Shown here piece after piece: positions 29,557-39,411 of a stretch of DNA of 64,000 nt. Position 1 is the first letter of the stretch. Each line of letters begins with the position of its first letter. Source of the stretch: Candidatus Bilamarchaeaceae archaeon (GTDB lineage Archaea > Micrarchaeota > Micrarchaeia > Anstonellales > Bilamarchaeaceae). The stretch is taken from the NCBI GenBank assembly GCA_038870635.1, contig JAVZJR010000001.1:74797-138796 (forward strand), given 5' to 3'. The notes under the pieces were generated by a model. That model saw nothing but the letters and a program-made list of their open reading frames with translations. It was not told the origin of the DNA and did no database searches. The translations under genes and the position numbers were made by a program.

Positions 29557-29994
29557 TCACCTTACTTTTATTTCTTTCTTTGGTGCGCTTGCGGCTACTT
29601 TAGGCAAACTAATAGTCAACACGCCGTTTTTGAATTCGGCATCAACTTTATTTGGATCTATTTCTTCAGGTAAACCAAACACACGTTTGTATCCTGTATA
29701 ACTTCGCTCGCAATAATAATAGTTCTTTTTCTTCTCCTCATCAACAATTTTTCGCTCTGCACTAACAGAAACTGAATTCTTGTCCGCAGTTATTTTTATG
29801 TCTTCTTTTTCAACTCCAGGCAATTCAACACGAAGCTCAAAAGAATTTCCCTTATCTACAAGATCACTTAATGGGCTTCTGATAGACCACTCTTTTCGCC
29901 CCACCGTCATAAAGTTTTCAAACAAGTCATCCATCTCTTCTTGCAGCTTTCTAATCCTTTCAAAAGGGTCATACAACCTTATTTCTCTTCTCAT
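29557..29994 (-). CDS. Small heat-shock protein Hsp20
   Basis: VELPGVEKEDI, ERSY and AEFKNGVLTISLPK alpha-crystallin motifs. Confidence 0.95.
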   Translation of the reverse strand: MRREIRLYDPFERIRKLQEEMDDLFENFMTVGRKEWSIRSPLSDLVDKGNSFELRVELPGVEKEDIKITADKNSVSVSAERKIVDEEKKKNYYYCERSYTGYKRVFGLPEEIDPNKVDAEFKNGVLTISLPKVAASAPKKEIKVR

Positions 29995-30005
29995 ACAATC
30001 ACCTC

Positions 30006-30482
30006 TTAATCCATACGCATTATTTCATTTTCTATCAAGCGTGCGATGCGTTTTATTTTTTCAAAACGGCGAAGTATTTCTTCTTCCAATTCTTCAATAG
30101 TATCATCTAATCGTTGTCTCTTAAGATAGTAATATCGTCCATGCTTTACAACAAGGCCGGATTTCATCAAAGTGTTTAAATGATAAACAACCGCGCCTTG
30201 CGTAACTTTACATCTTTCACTTATTTCAGCAGAACGGACACCACCATCACTTCTTTTTACGAGTTCTTTAAAAACTTCTTTTGCAACGCGATCATCTTCC
30301 TCACCAAAACCAAGACATTGAAATATCCATTCTATGTATTCCTCAGCATTTCTTCCACGTGGTTCTTGAACATCCTTTAGTATAATGGCCGCACATGGTT
30401 TTTTCCTGTATGCTGCTGCAGGGTTATCGTTTAGTTTTATAACTTTTAGTTTTTTTGGTCTTATCTTTTGGGAAGCGACCAT
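30006..30482 (-). CDS. Winged-helix transcriptional regulator heading the chaperone operon
   Basis: SAEISERCKVTQGAVVYHLNTLMKSGLV HTH plus C-terminal coiled coil. Confidence 0.8.
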   Translation of the reverse strand: MVASQKIRPKKLKVIKLNDNPAAAYRKKPCAAIILKDVQEPRGRNAEEYIEWIFQCLGFGEEDDRVAKEVFKELVKRSDGGVRSAEISERCKVTQGAVVYHLNTLMKSGLVVKHGRYYYLKRQRLDDTIEELEEEILRRFEKIKRIARLIENEIMRMD

Positions 30483-30595
30483 GAAAGAATTATAAAATGA
30501 AAAAATTTAAAAATGTTTTGAAAATTTTAACATTTTATTAAAATTTTTATAAAAATAATGCGAAAAATTATAAAAGTAGAACGAAAAAAAACAGC

Positions 30596-31159
30596 ATGAA
30601 AGAAAGAGTAGCAGGCTCCCTGTTGATTTTTGCATCTTTGCAGCTTTTCTTTAGCATAATCGTCTCCGAAGGTATGTATGAGGGATATCATACAAACAAC
30701 AATATGATAAGCGATTTAGGTGTTGGTAAAACAGCAATAATATTTAATACAGCAATGGTATTGCAAGGGTTGTGCGCAGCAATTGCCGCTTATTACATAT
30801 TACAAATTTTCAAACAAAAAATAATTTTTTATACAATGCTACTCTCTTCAATCGGTGCGATAATTGTCGGCATTTTTCCTGAAACAATCATAGCACCACA
30901 TGCTGCTGGCGCCTTTTTAGTGTTCTTTTTTGGCGGAATTGCTGCCATACTTTCACAAAAATTTTTTCCTTCGACAACTCCTGTCTTCACTACACTTGGT
31001 GCCATTTCCATCTTATTTTTTCTACTCTTCTCACTTGCATGGTTTAATGGTTTAAAGTCAGGTGTTTTAGAGAGAATGATAGCGTACCCACTTATTTTTT
31101 GGGAATTTGGCGCGGGTATTATACTTCTCTATAATAGAGAAAATGCAAAAAACAAATAG
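30596..31159 (+). CDS. DUF998-like membrane protein
   Basis: GY...NMISDLG, VGIFPE, H and GVLERM motifs; multiple TM helices. Confidence 0.8.
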   Translation: MKERVAGSLLIFASLQLFFSIIVSEGMYEGYHTNNNMISDLGVGKTAIIFNTAMVLQGLCAAIAAYYILQIFKQKIIFYTMLLSSIGAIIVGIFPETIIAPHAAGAFLVFFFGGIAAILSQKFFPSTTPVFTTLGAISILFFLLFSLAWFNGLKSGVLERMIAYPLIFWEFGAGIILLYNRENAKNK

Positions 31160-31188
31160 CTTTTATTTTTAATTATCGATAGCAGAGT

Positions 31189-32121
31189 ATGCAACAAAAA
31201 ATAAAAGACGAAATAAAAGACATAAAATCTCTAAAAATACAAGGAGCGAGAAATGTTGCAAAAGCAGCGTTAGATGCTCTAATTTTGCAGGCAAGACTAT
31301 CAAAAGCAAAAAACATCCATTATTATGTAAAAGAACTAACAGCAGTAAAGGAAATTTTAGCTTACTCGAGACCAACGGAACCTATGATGAGAAACCTCTT
31401 AGATGACGCAATAGATTTCTTAGTCGTAGAATCAAAAAAAGTAAAAAGTATGGATGAATTGCGAGAGATCTTTGTAAGAAGAGAAAAAGAAGTTATAGAA
31501 AGATTAGACCAAGATGCTAAAAAAATATATGAATATGGTGCAAGATTAATACCCAAAGGTTACACAGTAATGACGTATTGCCACAGTTCTACTGTGACTG
31601 GTATACTAAAAAAAGCAAGAGAAAAAGATAGAACACTTAAAGTAATAGTGTGTGAAACAAGGCCGCGATACCAAGGAAGAATAACAGCAAAAGAGCTAGC
31701 AGAAGCTGGCATAGATACCACTCTTATAGTAGATGGTGCAGTAAATATGTTTATGAAAAAAACCGATCTTGTACTTGTTGGGGCAGATTCTGTTACAAGC
31801 AGGGGCGACCTCATAAATAAAGTCGGCACCTCCACATTAGCCCATATAGCTAGAATGCATGATGTTTCTTTTTATTCTGCAGCAGAACTCTTTAAGTACA
31901 GTAGAAAAACATTTGAAGGAGAACTTGAAAAAATAGAAGAAAGAGATAAAAAAGAAGTATGGGAAGACGCCCCTAAAAAAGTAAAGATAAGGAATCCTGC
32001 TTTTGATGTCACTTCTGCAAAATACATCAATGGTTATATAACAGAAGTTGGTGTAATCCCACCTCAATCTTTTTTTGCGCTAGCAACTGAAAAGTTAGGA
32101 TTGAAAATATTTGGAAGGTGA
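31189..32121 (+). CDS. Ribose-1,5-bisphosphate isomerase (eIF-2B alpha-like)
   Basis: RPTEP, TYCHSST, ETRPRYQG, GADSV, NKVGT and NPAFDVT motifs; adjacent to AMP phosphorylase. Confidence 0.9.
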   Translation: MQQKIKDEIKDIKSLKIQGARNVAKAALDALILQARLSKAKNIHYYVKELTAVKEILAYSRPTEPMMRNLLDDAIDFLVVESKKVKSMDELREIFVRREKEVIERLDQDAKKIYEYGARLIPKGYTVMTYCHSSTVTGILKKAREKDRTLKVIVCETRPRYQGRITAKELAEAGIDTTLIVDGAVNMFMKKTDLVLVGADSVTSRGDLINKVGTSTLAHIARMHDVSFYSAAELFKYSRKTFEGELEKIEERDKKEVWEDAPKKVKIRNPAFDVTSAKYINGYITEVGVIPPQSFFALATEKLGLKIFGR

Positions 32122-32126
32122 GAAAG

Positions 32127-33743
32127 ATGGTAAATAAAAATAATGAAAATATAAATAACGATAAAAAGAAAAACGACAATAACAAAATTTTTGTAGAAAA
32201 AGAAACAACGAAAGTAGATGTTTGGAGAATAAAGAAATATGTGTGTAAAGTAAAACCAATAGGAATTTATACAGGTAAAAACATAATAGTGCTAAACAAA
32301 ACGCAAGCAATGGGACACGATATATACGAAGGCTATCGAACAATATTGAAAAAAAATAGCACAGAAATAGTAGCAATAGTAGACGTTAGCGATGAGATAG
32401 TAAAACACGGAGAGGTTGGTGTTTATTCCGATATCGCAAAGGAATTTGGACTTAAAGAAGGTGACACAGTAGAAATAGTGCACATGGACCAACCTGATTC
32501 AATAGCATACATAAAAAAGAAATTAAATAAGGGAACGCTTAGTGAGCATGAAATAAAAACAATAGTAAACGAAATAATGCGAAACGAATTAAGCGAAATA
32601 GAAGTGTCGGCTTGGATAACGGCTGCTTACATCAATGGTTTTTCAGATGATGAGATAGTAGCACTAACTAATGCAACAGTGGAATCTGGAGAACGTTTGG
32701 AACTCGGAAAAAAACCAGTTGTAGATAAACATTGTATAGGAGGAGTTGCTGGAAACAGAACTACCATGATAGTAACTCCAATAATAGCTGCCGCTGGTCT
32801 TTATATACCTAAAACATCTTCACGAGCGATAACATCCGCGGCTGGGACTGCAGACACAATGGAAGTTCTTTGCAATGTAACATTCAATATCCATGAGTTG
32901 AAAGAAATCGTACTAAAAACACATGGTGCGATGGTATGGGGCGGCGGAATGAAACTTGCCCCTGTGGATGATAAACTCATAAGAATCAGACACCCATTAA
33001 GCTTGGATCCAGAGGGAATGTTATTGGCGAGCATACTCGCGAAGAAGAAAGCAGTGGGCGCAGAATATGTTATAGTTGATATTCCAGTCGGACGCGGTGT
33101 TAAAGTACCATACTACGAAAAAGGACAAGAATTAGCTAAACATTTCCTTAGAATAGGAAATCAACTTAACATGAAATTAGAGGTTCTGATAACGGATGGT
33201 GCTGAACCTATAGGACAAGGTATCGGACCTGCATTAGAATGTATAGATGTTCTAAAAGTTTTATCTGGCGAAGGCCCAGAAGATCTTAAACACAAATCCC
33301 TTTTAATGGCTGGAAAATTGCTTGAGTTAACTGGTAAAGTAGGAAAAGATGAAGGTTACAAAGCAGCTGAAGAAATTCTACTTTCTGGGAAAGCGCTTAG
33401 GAAATTCTTAGAAATAGTAGAAGCGCAAGGCGGAAACCCAAACGTAAAGATAACAGATATCCCTGTTGGTCAGTATACTTATACTGTAAAGGCTCAAACA
33501 AAAGGGACTATTTACCATATTGATAACCACACAATAGCAAAAATAGCAAGAATAGCAGGCGCACCCCGTTCGAAAGGTGCTGGCGTTTTACTTCATAAAG
33601 CACGAGGTGATAGAATAGTCCCTGGCGATCCATTATTCACGATATATGCTGAAAGCGAGCAATCTTTAGATTATGCAATAAAGGCACTTGAAAAAATAGA
33701 ACCAATAGAACTCAGAAAGATGCTTCTTGGCACAATGATGTAA
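32127..33743 (+). CDS. AMP phosphorylase (thymidine phosphorylase family)
   Basis: DKHCIGGVAGNRTT, PKTSSRAITSAAGTAD and PLSLDP motifs; N-terminal extra domain. Confidence 0.93.
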   Translation: MVNKNNENINNDKKKNDNNKIFVEKETTKVDVWRIKKYVCKVKPIGIYTGKNIIVLNKTQAMGHDIYEGYRTILKKNSTEIVAIVDVSDEIVKHGEVGVYSDIAKEFGLKEGDTVEIVHMDQPDSIAYIKKKLNKGTLSEHEIKTIVNEIMRNELSEIEVSAWITAAYINGFSDDEIVALTNATVESGERLELGKKPVVDKHCIGGVAGNRTTMIVTPIIAAAGLYIPKTSSRAITSAAGTADTMEVLCNVTFNIHELKEIVLKTHGAMVWGGGMKLAPVDDKLIRIRHPLSLDPEGMLLASILAKKKAVGAEYVIVDIPVGRGVKVPYYEKGQELAKHFLRIGNQLNMKLEVLITDGAEPIGQGIGPALECIDVLKVLSGEGPEDLKHKSLLMAGKLLELTGKVGKDEGYKAAEEILLSGKALRKFLEIVEAQGGNPNVKITDIPVGQYTYTVKAQTKGTIYHIDNHTIAKIARIAGAPRSKGAGVLLHKARGDRIVPGDPLFTIYAESEQSLDYAIKALEKIEPIELRKMLLGTMM

Positions 33744-33780
33744 AGTTTAAAAAGAGTTGTAATAGTAATTTTCATACTAA

Positions 33781-33909
33781 CCCGACGTAGCTCAAAGTGG
33801 CGTATGCCCGAGCAATGGTAGAGCGATCGGCTGTAGTTTGTTTTCTCCATATGGAGAGATAGGTCGCTCAGAAACCGATAGGTTCCTGGTTCAAGTCCGG
33901 GCGTCGGGA
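33781..33909 (+). tRNA. tRNA-Tyr(GTA) with two introns (D-loop about 15/16, and 37/38)
   Basis: CCCGACG/CGTCGGG acceptor stem; removing 33796-33815 and 33837-33873 gives a 72-nt cloverleaf with ATCGG-CTGTAGA-CCGAT. Confidence 0.9.
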
Positions 33910-33935
33910 TTTTTTTACTTTTAAGAAGTGGTATT

Positions 33936-34958
33936 TTGAAAATAAAGAAAATATTAGCAACACTTATTTTTCTATTCCTTTTAGTACTCACTCTCTTATA
34001 TCTAGAACAAAAACAAGAAAATGAAAAACCACAAGAAAATTGCGGCAATCTAAGTATTTACATAATAAATGTAAGCCAAGCAGATTCTATTTTAATAATC
34101 ACACCGCAAAACAAAACAATACTAATAGATTCGGGCTCTTCTATAACTAAAAACTCAAGCAAAGCAGTAGTGGAATTTTTAAAAGCGCGAGGTGTAAAAA
34201 CAGTGGATATTTTTATAGCAACACATTATCACGAAGACCACATAGGAGGGGTACCGCTGATTTTCAAAAATTTTGAAGTTAAACAAGTATATGACAATGG
34301 AAATTGCGGCAATTATAGTAGCGAAAGTCAGAGAAAGTATGTGGAATACACAAAGCTAATCAATCGAAAAATTGTCTCAAAAAACGAACAATTGAATATT
34401 GATAATTGTATTAACAGCAGTATAATCGTGCCCTACGCAACTATGGGTTGCCAACCTAGCCATAAGGATACTAAACTAGAAAATGAAAATTCAATAGTGG
34501 TTTATATAAAATACAAAAATACCTCTTTCTTACTTGCTGGCGACTGTGAACAAAAATGCGAAACGGAATTAGTAAAGAGGTACAACATATCAGCAAATTT
34601 ATTGAAAATAAATCATCATGGAAGCGATACTTCTTCTACTAAAGAGTTTTTGAGTATGGCAAATGCGACTTATTTTGTTATTTCCACTAATAAAGACAGG
34701 AGTGCAGAGTTAAATTACTACCATCCTCGTGCAGCGATGCTTAGCAGAATCTACATTCACGGAGCACGCCTTGGTACTTTCTTCCGCACTGATCTGAACG
34801 GAAATATAGCTATAACATCAGATGGAACAAAGATAAATGTAGAAGCAGACTATCTTGTAGATGAATGCGAACTTTTTAGTGGTTATTACTCAAATAACTT
34901 CTACTCTTACAAGCCAATAGAAGAGTTGAAACAAAAATGCGCAAACAATTTAAACTGA
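33936..34958 (+). CDS. ComEC/Rec2-like metallo-beta-lactamase-fold hydrolase, membrane anchored
   Basis: QADSILI, THYHEDHIGG, NENSIV, LAGD, HHGS and RTDLNG motifs. Confidence 0.88.
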   Translation: MKIKKILATLIFLFLLVLTLLYLEQKQENEKPQENCGNLSIYIINVSQADSILIITPQNKTILIDSGSSITKNSSKAVVEFLKARGVKTVDIFIATHYHEDHIGGVPLIFKNFEVKQVYDNGNCGNYSSESQRKYVEYTKLINRKIVSKNEQLNIDNCINSSIIVPYATMGCQPSHKDTKLENENSIVVYIKYKNTSFLLAGDCEQKCETELVKRYNISANLLKINHHGSDTSSTKEFLSMANATYFVISTNKDRSAELNYYHPRAAMLSRIYIHGARLGTFFRTDLNGNIAITSDGTKINVEADYLVDECELFSGYYSNNFYSYKPIEELKQKCANNLN

Positions 34959-34967
34959 ATAAGAGAA

Positions 34968-36698
34968 ATGAGGAATATGCTTTTTGAGGATGTTGTAAAA
35001 GTATTTGACAAAGTTGAAGAAAAAAGCGGCCGCATCGAGATGACTAACATTCTTGCAGAACTATTTAACAAAGCAACTTCTGCGGAAATAGAGAAAATAG
35101 TCTATTTTGTGCAAGGCATTGTTGCACCACCTTACGAGGGAGTAGAGTTAGGGATGGGGGAGAGGTTTGCTATTGCTGCAATAGCAAGTGCCACAGGCTA
35201 CTCTGCCCAGGAAGTTGATGAGAATTATAAAAAAACAGGCGACCTTGGCATAACAGCAGAAAATTTTCTCAAAAAAAAGAAACAGCGTTCTCTTTTTGCA
35301 AATCCGATTGATGTAATCCACCTTCATGAATCATTGGTAAGAATAGCAAAAGCAAGTGGACCAGGAAGCACAGAACTTAAGAAAAAATATTTAGTCGAAC
35401 TGCTAAACAACGCAACTCCTCTCGAAGCGAGATACATCGTGCGTTTTGTTCTTGGAAGATTACGTCTTGGTGTTGGTGACCCAACCATCCTAGATGCACT
35501 TTCAGTTGCAAAATTTGGTGACAAATCCTGGCGAGAAAAATTAGAAAGAGCATACAATGTCTGCGCAGATATGGGTTATGTAGCAAAACTTTTTTATGAA
35601 AATGAAAAAAATATAGATAAGTTTAAAGTGCAACCATTCAAACCTCTTATGCCTGCACTTGCAGAAAGGCTAAGCACCGCCGAAGAAATAATAGAGAAGA
35701 TAGGTGTATGTGCGGTAGAAGGAAAATACGACGGTTTTCGTTTGCAAGTTCACAAAAAAGGGAATGAAGTTGAGCTTTACTCACGTAGGTTAGACAAGAT
35801 GACAAAAATGTTTCCTGAAATTGTAGATGCGGTGAAAAGATTACCAGTAGATAGTATAATATTTGAAGGTGAAGCGCTTGCTTATAATGCCAAAGAGCGT
35901 AAATATTATTCCTTCCAGCAAACAATGCAAAGAAAAAGAAAACATAGAATAAGTGAAAAAGCAGAAGAACTGCCGCTGAATTTATTTTGTTTTGATATCC
36001 TTTATGTTAATGAAAAAGATTACACACAAGAACCATATAAAGTAAGAAGAAAAAAATTAGAAGAGGTGTTTAGAGAAAATGAAGTTCTTAAAGCAAGTGA
36101 GCAGCACATCGTCAAAACAGCAAAAGAATTACAAAAGTTATTTAAGGAAGCAATCGAGCGCGGTCTTGAAGGAGTGATGGCAAAAGACCTTGAAGCACCA
36201 TATACAGCAGGAAAAAGAAAATTTGCATGGATAAAACTGAAAAAATCATATGGTCAAGCAGTAGATACAATAGATGGTATTATTGTTGGTTATTATTTAG
36301 GAAAAGGCTCAAGGGCACAATTTGAATTCGGTGGTCTTTTGGTCGCAGTGTATAACTCAGATAATGGAAGATTAGAAACGGTTGCTAAAATTGGTTCTGG
36401 TTTTAGCGAAGAAGAAATGGTTATGCTAAAGGAAATGTTAGACAAGATAAAAAGAACTGCGCCCCCTGCAAATGTTAGTTACAAAATAGAACCTGATTTT
36501 TGGGTAGAGCCAAAATATGTAATAGAAGTTGCATTTGACGACATTACACTTTCACCAGTCCATACTTGTGGATTACGTGGTGATAAGGGATATGCTCTTC
36601 GTTTTCCACGAATGATTCGCTTAAGAGAAGACAAAGGAATAAATGAAGCGACAACAACAGACGAAGTAAAGGAAATGTATGAAAAACAAAAAAAATAA
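34968..36698 (+). CDS. lig: ATP-dependent DNA ligase
   Basis: EGKYDGFR, EGVMAK, WIKLK and ALRFPR motifs. Confidence 0.97.
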   Translation: MRNMLFEDVVKVFDKVEEKSGRIEMTNILAELFNKATSAEIEKIVYFVQGIVAPPYEGVELGMGERFAIAAIASATGYSAQEVDENYKKTGDLGITAENFLKKKKQRSLFANPIDVIHLHESLVRIAKASGPGSTELKKKYLVELLNNATPLEARYIVRFVLGRLRLGVGDPTILDALSVAKFGDKSWREKLERAYNVCADMGYVAKLFYENEKNIDKFKVQPFKPLMPALAERLSTAEEIIEKIGVCAVEGKYDGFRLQVHKKGNEVELYSRRLDKMTKMFPEIVDAVKRLPVDSIIFEGEALAYNAKERKYYSFQQTMQRKRKHRISEKAEELPLNLFCFDILYVNEKDYTQEPYKVRRKKLEEVFRENEVLKASEQHIVKTAKELQKLFKEAIERGLEGVMAKDLEAPYTAGKRKFAWIKLKKSYGQAVDTIDGIIVGYYLGKGSRAQFEFGGLLVAVYNSDNGRLETVAKIGSGFSEEEMVMLKEMLDKIKRTAPPANVSYKIEPDFWVEPKYVIEVAFDDITLSPVHTCGLRGDKGYALRFPRMIRLREDKGINEATTTDEVKEMYEKQKK

Positions 36699-39383
36699 TT
36701 ACTTCCTCTCACCATATTTCTCTAAGAATAATTCATAGGTGCGCAGCATTGATGGCGTAATTGAGGGCCTACGAACAGATATTATAGCCAAAAGATCATC
36801 TGTTGTTATTTTTGGCTTTGCAACACCTTCTAATTTCTTTCTAAGAGCCTGCATCTTTGCGCTTTGGCATATCGAAGCAATGTCTGCACCGCTATAACCA
36901 TCTGTTGCTTTTGCCACTGCATCAAGATTTACCCCCTCTCCATATTCTCCAAGGTGAATCTTGAACATTTCCTTTCTCGTATTTTCGTCGGGCGGCGGAA
37001 TGTAGAATATCTTATCGAATCTGCCTGGCCTTAACAACGCTTTATCTATTAAATCTGGCATGTTTGTCGCAGCGATTACTACCACTCCTTTAAGTTCTTT
37101 TATCCCATCCATCTCTGTCAAGAATTGACCAACGACATCAGAAGTAGCGCCTATTCCTCTTGCAGGTGCAAAGGTCTCTATTTCATCAATGAAAAGTATC
37201 GATGGAGCGTTCTCACGAGCACGATTAAATGCTTCTTTTATAATAGAAGTTGCTTTATAAAAGCCCTCTTTGCTTAAATCCGCACCGCTTAATGTTTGGA
37301 AAGAAACATGCAATTCATTTGCTGCAGCCTTTACTAGAAGGGTTTTACCAGTACCTGGCGGCCCGAAAAGAAGAATACCCTTACTCGGCTTTATCTTAAA
37401 TTCTTTCATTAAATCTTCCCTAAGAAGTGGAAGCTCTATTGCTTCTAAAAGTGCCCTTTTAACCTCTTCCATACCGGCAACATCTTTCCAACTAACCTCT
37501 TTTTCCTCAACTTCTTCAACTTTTGTTATTGCACTTCTTTCGAAATCCATTCTAAACTTTTCGTATTCATCTAATTGCTCAAAAGTAGTGCTCGGCTTTA
37601 TCTTCTTAAGAAGCAAGAGGAAGTGTTCCATTGTAATAGGTACCACTTTACCTGCCATTTCAGCTTCTTTTGCAGCCAATCTTTTAGCTTCAGTTACTAA
37701 ATTTTTGAGGTCAGCACCTGAGAATCTATCTGTTTTTTTTGCAAGAATATCAAAATCAATATCAGGAGATAAAGGAATTTTTCGTGTGAGTTTTTTCAGT
37801 ATATCTTTTCTTGCTGCTAAGTCTGGTAGGTGCATGTATATTATTTTGTCAAATCTACCAGGTCGCAGAAGAGCAGGGTCAAGTTGATTTGGAATATTTG
37901 TAGTTCCAACAACAATAAGATTTGCTTTTGTCTTTACTGCGCCGTCCATTTCTTGAAGCATAGTGCTGAGAATACGTGGGGTAACTTCATCAGTACCTCC
38001 TTTTTGTCTCTTTTTTCCGATGACATCTATCTCATCAAAGAAAAGTATCGCAGGGGCCATTTTCCTCGCTTTTTCAAAAACCTCAACAACATTCTTTTCA
38101 GATTCGCCATACCATTCACTCATAATGTTAGCGCATTTTACTTCAATAAAGTTGTATTTCAATTCTTTTGCAAGTGCCCTCATAAGCATTGTTTTACCTG
38201 TACCTGGAGGACCAAAAAGAAGAATTCCTGAAGGCGGTTTTATACCATAAGCAAGAGCAATTTCTTTTTTCTCAAGAGGAGTTATTATTGCCTCTTTAAG
38301 TTCTTGCTTAACATCTTCATAACCACCAACATCATCCAAAGTTTCCGTACTTGCAGCACCTACATCTTTAAAACCAAACTTATCATAGGCTTTCATTCTA
38401 TCGGCTTTTTCAAGCTCTGCTTCTTTGCTTATCTTAATGCCAAAATGTTCAGCTACTGCTAAGACAACTATTGAAAGTAAAATCAATAAAGTAAAATTAA
38501 TACTCAAACCGCTTGTTCCAGAAACCACTCCTGCAAAATAATAAAAAGGCAACAGCAATAAAAGCAAAAGAGCAGAAATGGTTTGGGAATTTTTTTTCAA
38601 ACGGCCGGAGACGTAGGACATGGCAAATAACACAACAGACCAGCCTGCTATTTGAATAAAACCAGAATCCTTGAAAAGCAATATTACACTTTGACCTAGT
38701 ATAACCAAAAGGCCCTCAAATAACTGAGAGATACTTTCAAAACTAATAAAATTTGAAAAAAGCGCTGGAATTAAATTTAACTCGCTTAACGCAACGGCCG
38801 ACCTACTTATCTTCAACGGATTGTCTGGAGAATAAAGGTTTAGATTTATCGAAAAATAAGCTGTATTTTGTACAAAAAATAAAGAAGACAACAGAAGGAT
38901 AAGAAAAACAGATGGCGCGGCAACTAACACACTCTTTTTTGAACCAAAATAATATGAAGCGCAAGCCATACCTAAAATAGAAAAGAAACCGCCAAAAGGA
39001 AGACCACCAAAGCTAAATGGTGCGAAAATAAGTATTTGCAGAATAGATATTAGTAGTTGGTGTTCGAAAACCTCAAAAGCCACTAAAATTAAAACTAATA
39101 AAAAAACCCAACCCAATGCAAAAGACTGGTAAATAAAAGCAGGTAGAGCCAATATAAAAGAAATAAGAGTTGCTATAGGTGGACTAAAGTAAGATATAAT
39201 AGCGCAAAAAATTGCTAAAAGAAACACAAGAAAAATAGGGTAGAATGGAATGGCGGACAGCATAAGAAGAGTTGCAAGAAACACAAAAATAAAAATAGGA
39301 AATTTCTCATTTTCTCGTACCATCTGTATATAAGCCTTTATTTTATTTGCTTCTAAACTTTGATCTATCTGTTTTAATGCCAT
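36699..39383 (-). CDS. CDC48/VCP-like double-AAA ATPase with a polytopic membrane N-terminus
   Basis: About 310 hydrophobic N-terminal residues; two GPPGTGKT, DEID/DEIE and ALLRPGRFD sets. Confidence 0.9.
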   Translation of the reverse strand: MALKQIDQSLEANKIKAYIQMVRENEKFPIFIFVFLATLLMLSAIPFYPIFLVFLLAIFCAIISYFSPPIATLISFILALPAFIYQSFALGWVFLLVLILVAFEVFEHQLLISILQILIFAPFSFGGLPFGGFFSILGMACASYYFGSKKSVLVAAPSVFLILLLSSLFFVQNTAYFSINLNLYSPDNPLKISRSAVALSELNLIPALFSNFISFESISQLFEGLLVILGQSVILLFKDSGFIQIAGWSVVLFAMSYVSGRLKKNSQTISALLLLLLLPFYYFAGVVSGTSGLSINFTLLILLSIVVLAVAEHFGIKISKEAELEKADRMKAYDKFGFKDVGAASTETLDDVGGYEDVKQELKEAIITPLEKKEIALAYGIKPPSGILLFGPPGTGKTMLMRALAKELKYNFIEVKCANIMSEWYGESEKNVVEVFEKARKMAPAILFFDEIDVIGKKRQKGGTDEVTPRILSTMLQEMDGAVKTKANLIVVGTTNIPNQLDPALLRPGRFDKIIYMHLPDLAARKDILKKLTRKIPLSPDIDFDILAKKTDRFSGADLKNLVTEAKRLAAKEAEMAGKVVPITMEHFLLLLKKIKPSTTFEQLDEYEKFRMDFERSAITKVEEVEEKEVSWKDVAGMEEVKRALLEAIELPLLREDLMKEFKIKPSKGILLFGPPGTGKTLLVKAAANELHVSFQTLSGADLSKEGFYKATSIIKEAFNRARENAPSILFIDEIETFAPARGIGATSDVVGQFLTEMDGIKELKGVVVIAATNMPDLIDKALLRPGRFDKIFYIPPPDENTRKEMFKIHLGEYGEGVNLDAVAKATDGYSGADIASICQSAKMQALRKKLEGVAKPKITTDDLLAIISVRRPSITPSMLRTYELFLEKYGERK

Positions 39384-39411
39384 GGATTAAATTCAAACAA
39401 AAAACTTTTAT

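Noticed and set aside
37270..38250. Long antisense ORFs inside the AAA ATPase (and similar ones inside dnaK, tfb, secF and others)
   Set aside because: Shadow frames of well-supported genes, with F/S/L-rich antisense composition
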